Assembly: GCA_026026165.1 (NCBI GenBank)
Contig: JAPEUD010000015.1
Coordinates: forward strand, 372,001 to 413,454
Source of the DNA: Sarea resinae
Lineage: Eukaryota
Length of the DNA: 41,454 nucleotides
Direction of reading: 5' to 3'
In this document: in pieces, positions 11,350 through 22,112 of the stretch
How positions within the stretch are numbered: the first letter of the stretch is position 1
How the letters are laid out: each line of letters opens with the position of its first letter
Translations under genes and position numbers: made by a program
Notes under the pieces: generated by a model
What the model saw: the letters and a program-made list of their open reading frames with translations, nothing else
What the model was told of the DNA's origin: nothing
Database searches by the model: none

Positions 11350-12489
11350 AGAAGAATAGAATTGCTACTTGGCTCGACGCGAGTGTACAATATCATGACT
11401 TTCTGCGTCTAAATCTGCCTCGAGTCTTTTCATTGAAGTTTTCATTTTCTTTGCACCGCTCTTCCAACGTCATCAACGGCACACAGCACGTACATCCCAC
11501 AGGTGAGTCTCATCTCCACCTCAACCCCACCCAGTCTCAGTATATTCACCGTCCACAAGAGTTGTTTGAAAGCAAATGAACCTGCAACAAATCACTGACC
11601 GCCGCCGCTATCCTGAAGGCCACCACGATCTAACGTACCATATACCAACGGACCTCCAGCTTGTATCTCCATATTACGCTACGGCATTCGGATCCATTTC
11701 ATACTTTTAATACCACATACCATCATATCCAGCCACATACCACTATAGACAAACATTTCCTATGACATCCAGCTATATTCCACCATAGAACCCAATACCA
11801 CTCGGCACATACCCCGTTCACGCTTTCTTTCCGTTAATCCCATCTCACATCCTATAAAGGCCTTTTGTTGATTTTGGCTTGCACACATACACGCGCACCG
11901 GTCCCTTGCTTCTCTGTTCCTCTTCGTTCCCAACCATTCGAAAAAACTTCGCGCCGACGCCACGGGACAGAAAGCAATCACGCAAACCATAGGACAAACG
12001 GAAGAGAATGATATCTGATCCCGCAGTCTTTTGGGATCTGCCAGGCCAGGCCAGGGTGGGCTAGGATAGCATACCACCCAGGAAAAAGTAAGCCAACGGA
12101 AATGGGCAAGGGGGAAAAAGCAAAGGAAAGAAGGGCAAGATAAGGCAAGATGAGGCGGCGAGGAGAAAAGAACGGAAAGACACCTCCCCAGATTTGTGTA
12201 TATATATACCTCTCTCTCTCTATCACCAACCCAGCTCATCCAACTTTTCCCTCCCTTCCTTCCTACCTACCTACCTATTACCTCTATCAGGTAGATGAAA
12301 TATGGTCGGTTAGCGATTTCGTATCCGGACCGTAATCATCACAATAGAAAAATATACTCTACTCTACTCCACCTTACTCATATCCGTATCCATATCCACG
12401 TCCGCGTCCACGTCCGCGTCTACATTATTCTTCCACACGGGCTATGTGTATTGAAAAGAAAAGAAAAGAATTTGGTTCGGCATTGTTTT

Positions 12490-12820
12490 CCGGTTTGTCC
12501 CGTCCCGTCTCGTCTTCTCTCGTGTGTCCTGTTTCTCTCCTGTCCTATCCTGTCCGATCCTACTACCCTATCTTGTCTTGCCCTGTCTTGTCTTGTCTTG
12601 GCTTGTCTTGTCTTGTCTCATCTCATCTCATCTCATCTCGTCTCGTCTTGTCTAGTCTGATCTGATCTCGTCTCTTGTATCAGCACAGGCAAGCAGACAA
12701 GCAGGTAGGCGGGCTAGTATGTAGGCAAACAGGCGGACAAGCAGGTGGGTGGCTGGTAAATAGGACACGCAGGCTGGTAGATAGGCACGCAGGTACGACA
12801 GAGTGGCAGGTACGTAGGCG
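12490..12820. repeat. Compound simple-repeat tract: (TCTTG)n, (TCTCA)n, (TCTCG)n, followed by degenerate GCAGG/GTAGG repeats
   Basis: Directly visible pentamer runs at 12571-12676 and purine-rich GCAGGT/GGCA-type repeats at 12680-12820, between two convergent genes. Confidence 0.85.
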
Positions 12821-13327
12821 CGCTTATAGAACATGATGGACTCAAAAAAGGTAGGATTGAGATTCTCAGGAGTATATACATCAGCCAGCTTGAGTTCGCT
12901 CATTTAGTCAGCCATTCACACACGTATGCATTCATGCCTCCGACGGCTGTCGTGTTGATGATTGTGATTGTGATTGTCATTATAATTATGTTTTATGTTT
13001 TATGTCTATGCCACTAGAATGCTTAACCCATGCATATGCCAATGCCCGTCGCTTATGCCCATTGCCCATGCCCATTGCCCGTGCCCGAAACCCCGACGCT
13101 AGACTAGAAAGAAAAAAATGCACCGGAAATAACACCGATCCTACCACCAGAGGAAAACTTGTCGGGGACCGGTGATCAGTGGTGCTGGATGCAGAAATGA
13201 AAAGACACGAAAATAGGGCTTTTAAGAAAGGGGACGTGAGTCCGAGTGTCTGTCTGTCGTCGATGCCCACTTCCCTTCCCTGACACGCCTGCTCCCTGCT
13301 TCCCGTCTGTAGTCGAATCACCACCTC

Positions 13328-16126
13328 TCAATGTCCCTCGACCATGTTCTGCCCGTCAGTGTCCTCACAAGCTGCCTCCTCAGGCGAGGACAATGGCCTA
13401 GTCATGCCAAGCGGTGAGCTCTTGTAATCCACCTTCGCCGTGCGCGTTGGTGAGGACGCTTGATCGATATCGTTCATGGCCACGTCTGCGTGCTTTCTCT
13501 TCGTACCCGATTTCGGACTCGGACTCCGAGGACAGGCGTTGGGTGACGCCGGACCAAGGGGTGAAGAGGGACGGGCTGGCGAGGACCCAGCGCGAAAGGG
13601 CGAAGGGAGAAGAACTGGAGAGCCAGGACGGGAAGGGGGAGAGCTGGAACGAGACGGGGCAGACCCAGAATGCACGGGCGAAGAGCGGCCGGACAGAGAG
13701 CCGTGACGTGACGGCGGAGACCCAGAGTGCATAGGCAAAGAGCGATCTGGAGGCGAATCTGGAGGCGATGATGACAGCCTATTCGCGTTGTCCAGAAGAG
13801 CCACCGACTTTGAAAGCGGAGAAGGTGGCTTCATGATTTTGGCGCGGTCGAAGTCAATGACCATGACGCGTTGACGCTCGGCGTTCCAGAGCAGATTCGG
13901 ATCGCGAAGGTCGTTCTGGAAGATACCTGCGTTCTTGAGGTCGCGGATCGAGCGTTTCGTTTCTTCTTGCACTTTCAAGAATGGTGGATCCTCGTCTTTG
14001 CCAATCTGGTCAATCATTTCACCGGCGTAGGACATGAATAGCATGTGGACGATACGGACGCGAATGGCGAGAAAGTAGGGCCAGTTGAGGTCGATGTTGC
14101 CGAGATAGACGGGGATAGCTTCGCCTTGAAGATGGCTGAGGATCTGATAGATCTGGCCTTCGTGCCGAAGGTCGGGGATGAATACGTCGATAGTACCTTT
14201 GCCCACGAAGGTATACCCATGCGAGATTAGAGTAACCTTGAACAAGGCCCCACGAGAGCCTTGAAGCCCCAGCGGCTTGATATTATTGTCCATGTCCTCG
14301 TCGAGCTGCTTCAGGACTAGATTGAGAAATGTCTTGATGTCCAAGGAGTGCTTATCGGCGCATTCATCCTTTTGATGCTCGGAGAAATTGGGGCAAGAGG
14401 GGTCCAGAGGTAAGCCGCGCTCAATCCCCAGTAAACATTTCTGTGTACAATACGAGTACTGCTGTTTCCCTTTTCCCTTGCCGGAATAGCTCTTTGGGTC
14501 CGCGCTTCTGCTCCCTTGGGACGGATTCGAATATGATGGCGGAGCTGGCGGCTGTGAGCCCTTGGGACCCTGCCTCGGCGGCCCGGGCGGAGGCCTAAAC
14601 TGGTCGTCGTTGTTACTTGGATTCCCTGTCATAGGGGCGCAGCTGTTCCGCCCATAGTCCGATGCTCGCCTCCGTTTCCGATCTCGAGCTATACAGGGAG
14701 ATGTCCCCGTTGTAGCGTACTTTGTTTGGTTCCTGGGCTTATATGCTGATGAAGGAGACGTTGCGAGTTCATCTTCGGGTATGCGTCTCAAGACTTCCTC
14801 GTAATCGACGGTGAACGTGCTCAGTCCTTGCATTACGTATCTTCGCTCGTTCTGTTCGTGAATGTCTGCTCTCGATGCCATCTGAGCAAAACTCAAGACT
14901 TGAGCAATCGCCGTGCGCATGATGAAGACACCGGAGACGGTTTCGATCTGCTTCACCTCCTCATTTGGTTCTGCGAGATGGTAATGAACAGTATCAGGAC
15001 TCTTCCAGTCAATCATGAGAAAGACGTATGCCTCGCCTGTGCAGACATAGCCATATTCTAGACCACTTTCGATCATGTAGGAATATGTCTGCGCTATTGC
15101 GGTCGCGACAAGCTTGTCGGCGTTATACTGCAGCTTCGCATCCGTGGTCTCGAAGCCCTCAGGGTTATCAAGTATCTGCTCCCGGATGTTCAAATTTCGC
15201 GTTCCATTTTGGAGCACTGCGCGTAGAGTTTTGTTCGTAAGTTTGTGAGGCGCCTTGTATTCGACAATAAGTAGCAAACGAGCCTCATTGTCCTCGCCAA
15301 TCCACACGGCTATCTGGTCCGCATGCGGAGCTCTGTCCCTATTAGGTTTCTTCTTTTGAACCTTTGCGAGACGATCGTTGACATCCGTAGCTTCGGGGTT
15401 GAGTGTATTATCGTGGTTCTCGAAGGTGATGTCGCCAAAGAATCCCGGAACTTGGCGAGCTCGACACGCAGCTATGATGAGTGAAACGTGAGACTCAACA
15501 GCAAATCGTACGTAGGATTCTAGGTCCTTTTCGCTGCCGATTTTCCTCTGAAGGCAAATCTTTGACAACCCGTCTAACCCTGCCGCTGACATGAACATGC
15601 GCGGAGCGGTTCCTGTTTCCGGACTCAAGACAGCATCGACTTCGTCGAACAGGCGTTGTTGAATTAGAGGAAACTCTTCCCACGGTCTCAAGTAGTTAGG
15701 ACACCACTTGTTCTTCGCGGTGGTGATAGAGCCTTGGGTGGCGCGAGAGAGGTTGGTCTGGATCTGCATCCGAGATGAGAGAATCTTGTGGCACTTCGTT
15801 AGGTACTCCTCGAAGGTGGACTCCTGCAGTTGTAGCTGGAGCTGCTGCTGAGACTGCTCCGCCCGCTGTTGAGATTGCTCCGCCTGCTGTCGGGACTGCT
15901 CCGCCCGCTGTTGGTACTGCTCTGCCCGAATTCGGGCCTCTCGCTCAGCCGCGAGCTCCCTTCGCAACCGAGCCACCTCCGGCGATCCGCCCTCCATGAA
16001 AGGATCTTCCTGTGGCGATCCTTGTACGAAATTTGAGGACGGCCTCGGATTCCCCCGTCCACCTCGCTGACCAGGGCCACCGGACCCAGACCCGAAGCGT
16101 CCACGTTTTGGATCGGGTGACGCCAT
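13328..16126 (-). CDS. Spok-like (spore-killer family) nuclease-kinase protein, 932 aa, intronless
   Basis: Domain order: coiled coil with heptad VNTR; T.EEYL..CH..CP.YLRPW..F region; PD-(D/E)xK nuclease (ADQ D270, EYK 289-291, QTYSYMI..GLEYGYVCTGEA.VFL); Cys/His cluster C560-x3-C-x13-C-x5-H-x8-H; kinase fold (GLQGSRGALFKV, FVGKG, QNDLRDPN D739, IDFD D758). This is the architecture described for Podospora SPOK proteins. Confidence 0.85.
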   Translation of the reverse strand: MASPDPKRGRFGSGSGGPGQRGGRGNPRPSSNFVQGSPQEDPFMEGGSPEVARLRRELAAEREARIRAEQYQQRAEQSRQQAEQSQQRAEQSQQQLQLQLQESTFEEYLTKCHKILSSRMQIQTNLSRATQGSITTAKNKWCPNYLRPWEEFPLIQQRLFDEVDAVLSPETGTAPRMFMSAAGLDGLSKICLQRKIGSEKDLESYVRFAVESHVSLIIAACRARQVPGFFGDITFENHDNTLNPEATDVNDRLAKVQKKKPNRDRAPHADQIAVWIGEDNEARLLLIVEYKAPHKLTNKTLRAVLQNGTRNLNIREQILDNPEGFETTDAKLQYNADKLVATAIAQTYSYMIESGLEYGYVCTGEAYVFLMIDWKSPDTVHYHLAEPNEEVKQIETVSGVFIMRTAIAQVLSFAQMASRADIHEQNERRYVMQGLSTFTVDYEEVLRRIPEDELATSPSSAYKPRNQTKYATTGTSPCIARDRKRRRASDYGRNSCAPMTGNPSNNDDQFRPPPGPPRQGPKGSQPPAPPSYSNPSQGSRSADPKSYSGKGKGKQQYSYCTQKCLLGIERGLPLDPSCPNFSEHQKDECADKHSLDIKTFLNLVLKQLDEDMDNNIKPLGLQGSRGALFKVTLISHGYTFVGKGTIDVFIPDLRHEGQIYQILSHLQGEAIPVYLGNIDLNWPYFLAIRVRIVHMLFMSYAGEMIDQIGKDEDPPFLKVQEETKRSIRDLKNAGIFQNDLRDPNLLWNAERQRVMVIDFDRAKIMKPPSPLSKSVALLDNANRLSSSPPDSPPDRSLPMHSGSPPSRHGSLSGRSSPVHSGSAPSRSSSPPSRPGSPVLLPSPFRAGSSPARPSSPLGPASPNACPRSPSPKSGTKRKHADVAMNDIDQASSPTRTAKVDYKSSPLGMTRPLSSPEEAACEDTDGQNMVEGH
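15845..15928 (-). repeat. 21-bp coding tandem repeat x4 (RAEQYQQ RAEQSRQ QAEQSQQ RAEQSQQ)
   Basis: Units on the + strand: ctgctgagactgctccgcccg / ctgttgagattgctccgcctg / ctgtcgggactgctccgcccg / ctgttggtactgctctgcccg. Confidence 0.95.
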
Positions 16127-17204
16127 GATGACTCGGTGTGGAGGGGAGAGAAGATGGATGTAGAGATGAGGGTGGATTGAGATGATGAGAATAGATGTAG
16201 ACGATGAGGATGAAGTGAAAGAAGGTGCAGTAGAGAAAAGAAGCTGGTAGCTGATCTAGGCCTGATGTTGCTGCTGCAACTGTGGTGATGAGGGAAGGTG
16301 GGACGAGGTGAGAGGTGTGAGGTGTGAGGTGGGAGGTGAGAGTTGTGATGAGGGAAGAGCGAGAATGAAGGCTAAGCGTCGAGAAGATGGCAGGGTCAAA
16401 GAGGGGTGAATGGCCATGAAGTGAGGAAGAAGACAAGAAACCCGAAGGTCGGGTGAATGTCCCCGGATGGGAGTGCTATGGCAGCTCCCATCGTGCGTGA
16501 AGTAGGCAGATTGGCCGCATGGAGAGGCTCAGACGCGTGAAGGAGATGGTGAAGGTGAGGAAGACGCGCAGAGAGGTACCTGACAACACGGCTGGCCAGG
16601 TACTCCTTCACCAGTGAATTGGCCAACTGATACCTCCTCGGTACGAAACCGTCAATAGTACGCGAAGGGTTTGATGAGAAGAGGTACGATTATCAGATCA
16701 ATGCGATTAGATAAGATGATATACTCCGGAGTACTGCTGCGTACGGTACTTCGCTACTTCGTCCTTGATTTTACACAGCAGAGACGGCCGAGCCCAGGCC
16801 CGTCCATGACAACCTAGCCCTGGCATCCCTTGGTCATGCATCCTCATCCATGGATCCATCTTCTCTATGGCATCGAAAGTGGAGCGCTGCAGTAGGGAAG
16901 AAAAATCTTATATTGCGTCGGCCTCGGGACCGCGTGCCCCAGCGTTTTCGGTTAGTTCTTCGGATGATGGATCCATGATCGCTCTCATCCGCGTGGGGTC
17001 GGTCCGTCGGTGTGGGGAAGATACATTGGGGTTTGCGGGGAACCTACCTTAGCTTGGGTTCCTTTCCTTGATAGCTTAGGTGGCGTCCACGTTGGCATCT
17101 ATGCATGTCACTGCTAAATAACACAAGACTGCCTGAATATGCCGATTGCTGCCCTTCATTCGACACCAGCATTCGATTGGACCTGATCAGACGCTGACGC
17201 TGCC

Positions 17205-19446
17205 ATGGTCGTCTTCACCTCGCCCAAGTGGGTGCCGCAATTGCCCCCGATACCTTCGTCCATTCCCCTGAATGAGTTCATGCTCGACGAGACTCATGGC
17301 CGTCATCCCTTCGTCTCCTCGTGTCCGCCTTTTACCTGTGGGCTATCGGGCAAGCAATATTCGGCGGCGCAGGTGCGAGACCGTGTCGAGTTTCTTGCCC
17401 GGGCACTGGCGATCGAATTGGGATGGCATCCGAATCGGGGGACTGAGTGGGACAAAGTTGTCTGCATCTTCACCATCAACACGGTCTGTCGGGCGTTCCG
17501 AGTATGAATCATAGTCTCGAGCTGACGTTGAACGACATCTCTAGATTGATACTCTACCGGTAATGTGGGCAGCCCATCGACTTTCGGGCATCGCCACACC
17601 AGTCAATGCAACCTACCGCACACCGGAGTTGATCCACCAGCTCAAATCGTCGCATGCAAAGGTCATGTTTACGTGCGCCTCATTACTACCCCTCGCCATC
17701 GAGGCAGCCGACGCGGTGGGGCTTCCAAGAAGTCGAATCTTCTTGATTGAGACACCCAAAGAAAGTTGGCCGCAGCTACAGCCACCACTGACGTTTCAGA
17801 CTGTGGACCAATTGATAGCGGAGGGGAAACGAGGACCGATGTTAGAGCGGCAAAAATGGGAAGCTGGAGAGGCAGTCCGGAGGGTGGCATTTCTATGCTT
17901 TTCCAGCGGCACGTCCGGCCTTCCGGTATGATTCTCATCGATCGTCTTGCCTGGGGCATCCTGAGTAGACCAAATCGTTAACAACAAAGTTAGAAAGGGG
18001 TTATGATTTCTCATTACAACGTCATTTCCAATGTCCTCCAGATTCGGACTTACGACTATTCAAGCCGATCACCCGAATATCATGACACCATGCTGGGATT
18101 ACTACCACAGAGTCACATCTACGCATTGATCGTCATCTGCCATACTGGCGCCTATGTTGGCGATAAGGTTGTTGTTCTGCCGTCGTTCAACTTGGACTGG
18201 ATGTTGAACGCCGTTCAAGTGCATCAGATAACAGCACTTTTCATCGTACGTGCCCGTCCGAAAGCAAGCGCTTGTAGCGGCCCGACTTTCACAACCATGC
18301 GCTAAACATGTAAGCTCAGGTACCACCAATCGTCGTTCAACTGGTCAAGAATGCAAAACGTCTTGCCAAATACAACCTGAGTTCGGTCCAAAAGATCTGG
18401 ACAGGCGCTGCTCCTTTAGGCAAGGAGGTTGCAGAGGAGATTTTGCGGCAGCATCCCACATGGAAAGTCTTACAAGGCTATGGTGAGAGATTTCGATACC
18501 TCTAATGGGCTCATAAATGCCTTTTCTTTTCTTACCACGTCTCGCCCCTTTGAGCCGATCTTGTATCCTTGAATCTCTTTTAGGGAGCCTGCTGATTGTC
18601 TGTTTTCACAGGACTCACTGAGACAGCTACGCTGGTCTGTGGAACCAACCCCGAAGATGTGTGGCTGGGCTCTTGCGGGTCTCTTATCCCGGGAATTGAA
18701 GCCAGACTTGTCACTCCAGAGGGCGAAGAAGTGTCGGGGTACGATATTCCAGGCGAATTGCTGGTCCGATCACCGAGCGTAGCGCTGGGCTATCTCGACA
18801 ACAAGACGGCGACCGATGAAACGTTCGACTCTGATGGCTACATGCACACAGGCGACGAGGCCGTCTTTCGGCGGGGGCCTGGTGGCCATGAGCATGTTTT
18901 CATCGTTGATCGAATCAAAGAGCTTATCAAAGTCAAGGTCTGTACCCCGCAGCACACGCTCGTCCGATCGAAGCTTTTTCGTCTATGCGAGACATTCGAC
19001 TCCTCACACAGCCTTGATCCTCTGCCGCTTGTGAATCCTGTACGGCTTCGAGATCCGTAGCTAACAGTCAACACTCATCCCAGGGCCACCAAGTCGCACC
19101 TGCGGAACTTGAGGCGCTTCTCCTCAGTCACCCTTCGGTCGCCGACGCGGCTGTAATCTCCAGTCCCGACGATGCGGCCGGCGAAGTCCCGAAAGCCTTT
19201 GTCGTCAAATCCAGTGACTATTCCGATTCGTCCTCCGGCCCGGGCAAAGATGAATCACCTCAAGAACTCGCCCTGGTGCTGGACAACTTTGTTCGCGAGC
19301 ACACTGCGAGATACAAGTGGCTGAAAGGGGGCATTGAATTTGTTGAAAGCATCCCCAAGAGCCCCAGCGGCAAGATCCTGAGACGGCTCTTGAGGCAGTT
19401 GGACCAGGAGAAGAGGGAGGCGAGGGCGAAAACGGCCAAGCTTTGA
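17205..19446 (+). CDS. 4-coumarate/phenylacetyl-CoA ligase-like AMP-binding enzyme with peroxisomal PTS1 (-AKL), 5 introns
   Basis: Motifs FSSGTSGLP|KGVMISHYN, LPQSHIYAL, TGAAPL, QGY|GLTE, GELLVRSP, HTGD, DRIKELIKVK|GHQVAPAELE and IPKSPSGKILRR. C-terminus is TAKL* (TGA 19444-19446). Introns at approx. 17483-17544, 17926-17993, 18246-18319, 18483-18611 and 18938-19083. Confidence 0.95.
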
Positions 19447-20088
19447 TAGGGGGTCTGAAGGGCTTGCTTCGTTTTCGAAGAGAAGAGAGAATATAAATCG
19501 TGTCAGATTGATGATATTGAAGATGTGGGGTAACTACTCCGGAGTCCCACGGCTTTCCTGGTGCTGCACCAACATTGAAGGCGCCAAGGTGCGAATGACA
19601 ACTTCTGCAGCTGTCGTCCGATCTGGCGAGACGCAAGTCAACCGCCAGCAATCTGTGAACGGGGCTCCCAACGTCCGGCGAGTTCGCCGATAGGGCTCCT
19701 GCGTAACATAGTGCTGACGTAAGCCCGAGTATTAGAGGACATGTTTACGCCGCGTCACTGTATGCATTCTACTGCGCAGGACCTCCGGACGTCGTACTAT
19801 GTAGAGAGCCAACCTACCTTAATTAATCAGCACTCCATAAGCGCTCTCAGGGCTCCTTTCATCGTCCATGCACCTACCAGACCAACACCAACAACAACAA
19901 CAACGACTCCCCGCAGTAAGATGGCCAGTGCTGGGTCCTCTATAAGGCGGGAGAGGCCCGGGTCCGGGCTCTGCGATCGCTGTCCGATCATTTCCCGTTA
20001 TTGGAAAAGCACCTGCCGTTGTATCCCCCAGACCCCAGCATCGCACCGCATCCTCCCTTGACTCTCCCTCAATTCTACACTCAGCATC

Positions 20089-21005
20089 ATGGCTGAAGTA
20101 ACTCACAGTGAGCCGTGACGCTTTACTTCTCTGCCAAACCTACTGACATGGCCATAGCAACCGGAAAGGAGTGGGACAAGGTGGCGCCCGTGTTCTTCGA
20201 CGGCCTGGCCGAGTCGCCGACGGACGCGCCGACCGCGGCCATGATCACCGCCCTCGACAACGCCTACCCTCTCTCCCAAGCCACCACGATCATGGACAAC
20301 GGCTGCGGCACCGGCCCCGGTACGACGATGCTGATCCAGAAATGTGCCTCGATGCTGCCGGCCGGCGGCGTGCGCATCCTCGCCACGGACTTTAGCGCCG
20401 GCATGGTCGAGCAGGTCACCGAACAGCGGATAAACGGACTCAAAGACAACAACAAGTTGTGGGAACAGGTGGAGACCAAGGTGCTGGACGCGCACGACCT
20501 CGCGGGCGTCGAAGACGGCTCCATCAGCCACATGATGGCGGGCTTCGTGTTCTTCATGGTAGCGGATCCGCAGAAGGCGCTCCAGGAAGCCCGGCGCGTG
20601 CTCACGCCCGACAACGGCGGCGGCGTGCTGGCGCAGACCAGCTGGCAGGGCAGCGAGTGGCTGGACCTGCTGGGGCTGGTCAAGGTCGTCGCGCCGCACG
20701 CGCAGCTGCCGCAGATGCCCGAGGCCTGGACGACGACGGCCGGCGTGCGCGAGCAGCTGGAGAAGGCCGGCTTCCGCGATGTCGAGGCGCGCGAGGTGCG
20801 CGCACATCTGGCCTTTGACGACCCCGTCACCACGGTCAACTTCTTCGTGCGCCGGCTGCCGCTGATGGCCAAGGTCCGCGCCGGCTTGACCGCCGACGAG
20901 ATTGACCGTACCTGTGAGCTGATGATTCAGCATCTGCGCGAGAAATACACTCAGCTGCCTGGTCGCATGGTCGGCACGGCCATTCTGGGAGTCGGTCGGA
21001 AGTAG
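20089..21005 (+). CDS. Class I SAM-dependent methyltransferase, 1 intron
   Basis: Motif I IMDNGCGTG, post-I ATDFSAGMV, motif II LDAHDL..DGSISH, then ALQEARRVL. ATG at 20089 plus intron 20108-20157 (GTGAGC..ACTGAC..ATAG) gives MAEVTHTTGKEW. Third codon positions are strongly GC-biased. Confidence 0.9.
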
Positions 21006-21339
21006 TCTATAGATACCCCTCATAAGGTAGAAACCCAAGCATTTCCGTTCCCTGGTCTGGGTCAATTGAGAGATGTCGATATGAAATTGCCTGAGTGCGT
21101 CCCATTGAAAGCTTTGAGATGTCAAATATCACACCACCTGGCGTAGTATGCTATGTAGACCACTAGGTAATGAAACCAGAAGCAAACAAGAAATATATCA
21201 ATGCTGTTAATAGTCTCTTGGTCCATCGGTCCAAACACCCCAAACGGTCCAAACACTCCAAATCCTCCAGTCCAGTCCAGCATCGGCGACCCTGCACAGA
21301 AGTCGGGACTACGGATCGTACATCTATCCCTCTACCTGA

Positions 21340-21860
21340 ACCTCTCGATCTGTCTATCTTATACCCTACAAACCAGCTAAATCTTTGTCTGATCCTTCTA
21401 TCCCTCTTCTAGCTGACTAACTTAGATATCAAACTCTTTTTCTTTCTACCGAGATTCTTCCCTTTTCTCCCTTTATATATATATAAAGAGGACTTTGTGT
21501 CTAAAACATGTAGATATCTAACTATATCTCTCTTCTCTCTTCTCTGTTCTTTGTCCTTAGAGCATATACGAGAATAAGACAGTACAAAATAAAACAATAC
21601 AATACAATAAGAGGTATATAAGAGGTATAAAATATAGTATACACTACACTATTGAAAAACCTACAGACTTAGAGACTACTTGATCAATACGTCTCAAAGG
21701 TAAGGTACTCCCTCTTAGCCTCTTGGCCTCTTAGACCACCTCATACCTTAGAGTACTCTTAGATCTGCAGATAAGTCGAAAGTATAGCAAGACATATAGG
21801 GGATCGAGAGGATGAAGACTATTAGAAAGGACGAGTAGACTATAGTATTAGCAGCACGAG
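21340..21860. mobile_element. Small AT-rich, TpA-rich island; probable RIP-degraded repeat relic of unidentified family
   Basis: Abrupt drop in GC with dense TA/TAG/CTA and few CA/TG dinucleotides relative to the flanking genes. No readable ORF. Boundaries are approximate. Confidence 0.5.
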
Positions 21861-22112
21861 CAATTCCAGTATTATTTACTACATTGAAAAGTGCACGCGC
21901 CTAGTTTGTGATACATGGTCCTGTGTTATTTACTGGATTCACTGCATGTATTCAGACGATGCATTCGACAATGTACGCAGATAATGTATTCAGATAATGC
22001 TTTTGCATTCAGATATCTCCATGTACTCATGACTCGTCAACATAATCAACCGCGATTGAGCTGCGTAAAGAGAAAACAAAAGCTATAAAATGCAAGGGGA
22101 TATATCGTCCTT

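Noticed and set aside
12652..12903. 83-aa ORF MSELKLADVY..
   Set aside because: Runs mostly through simple repeats; no family signal.
6000..17000. Starship or other transposon boundaries around the Spok-like gene
   Set aside because: No tyrosine-recombinase captain, transposase, terminal inverted repeats or target-site duplication found by eye.
21945..22020. Degenerate ~13-bp repeats (ATGTATTCAGAT-like); considered, with the other tandem repeats, as a possible CRISPR-like array
   Set aside because: Eukaryotic context, short degenerate tandem units and no unique spacers; ordinary minisatellite-like sequence.
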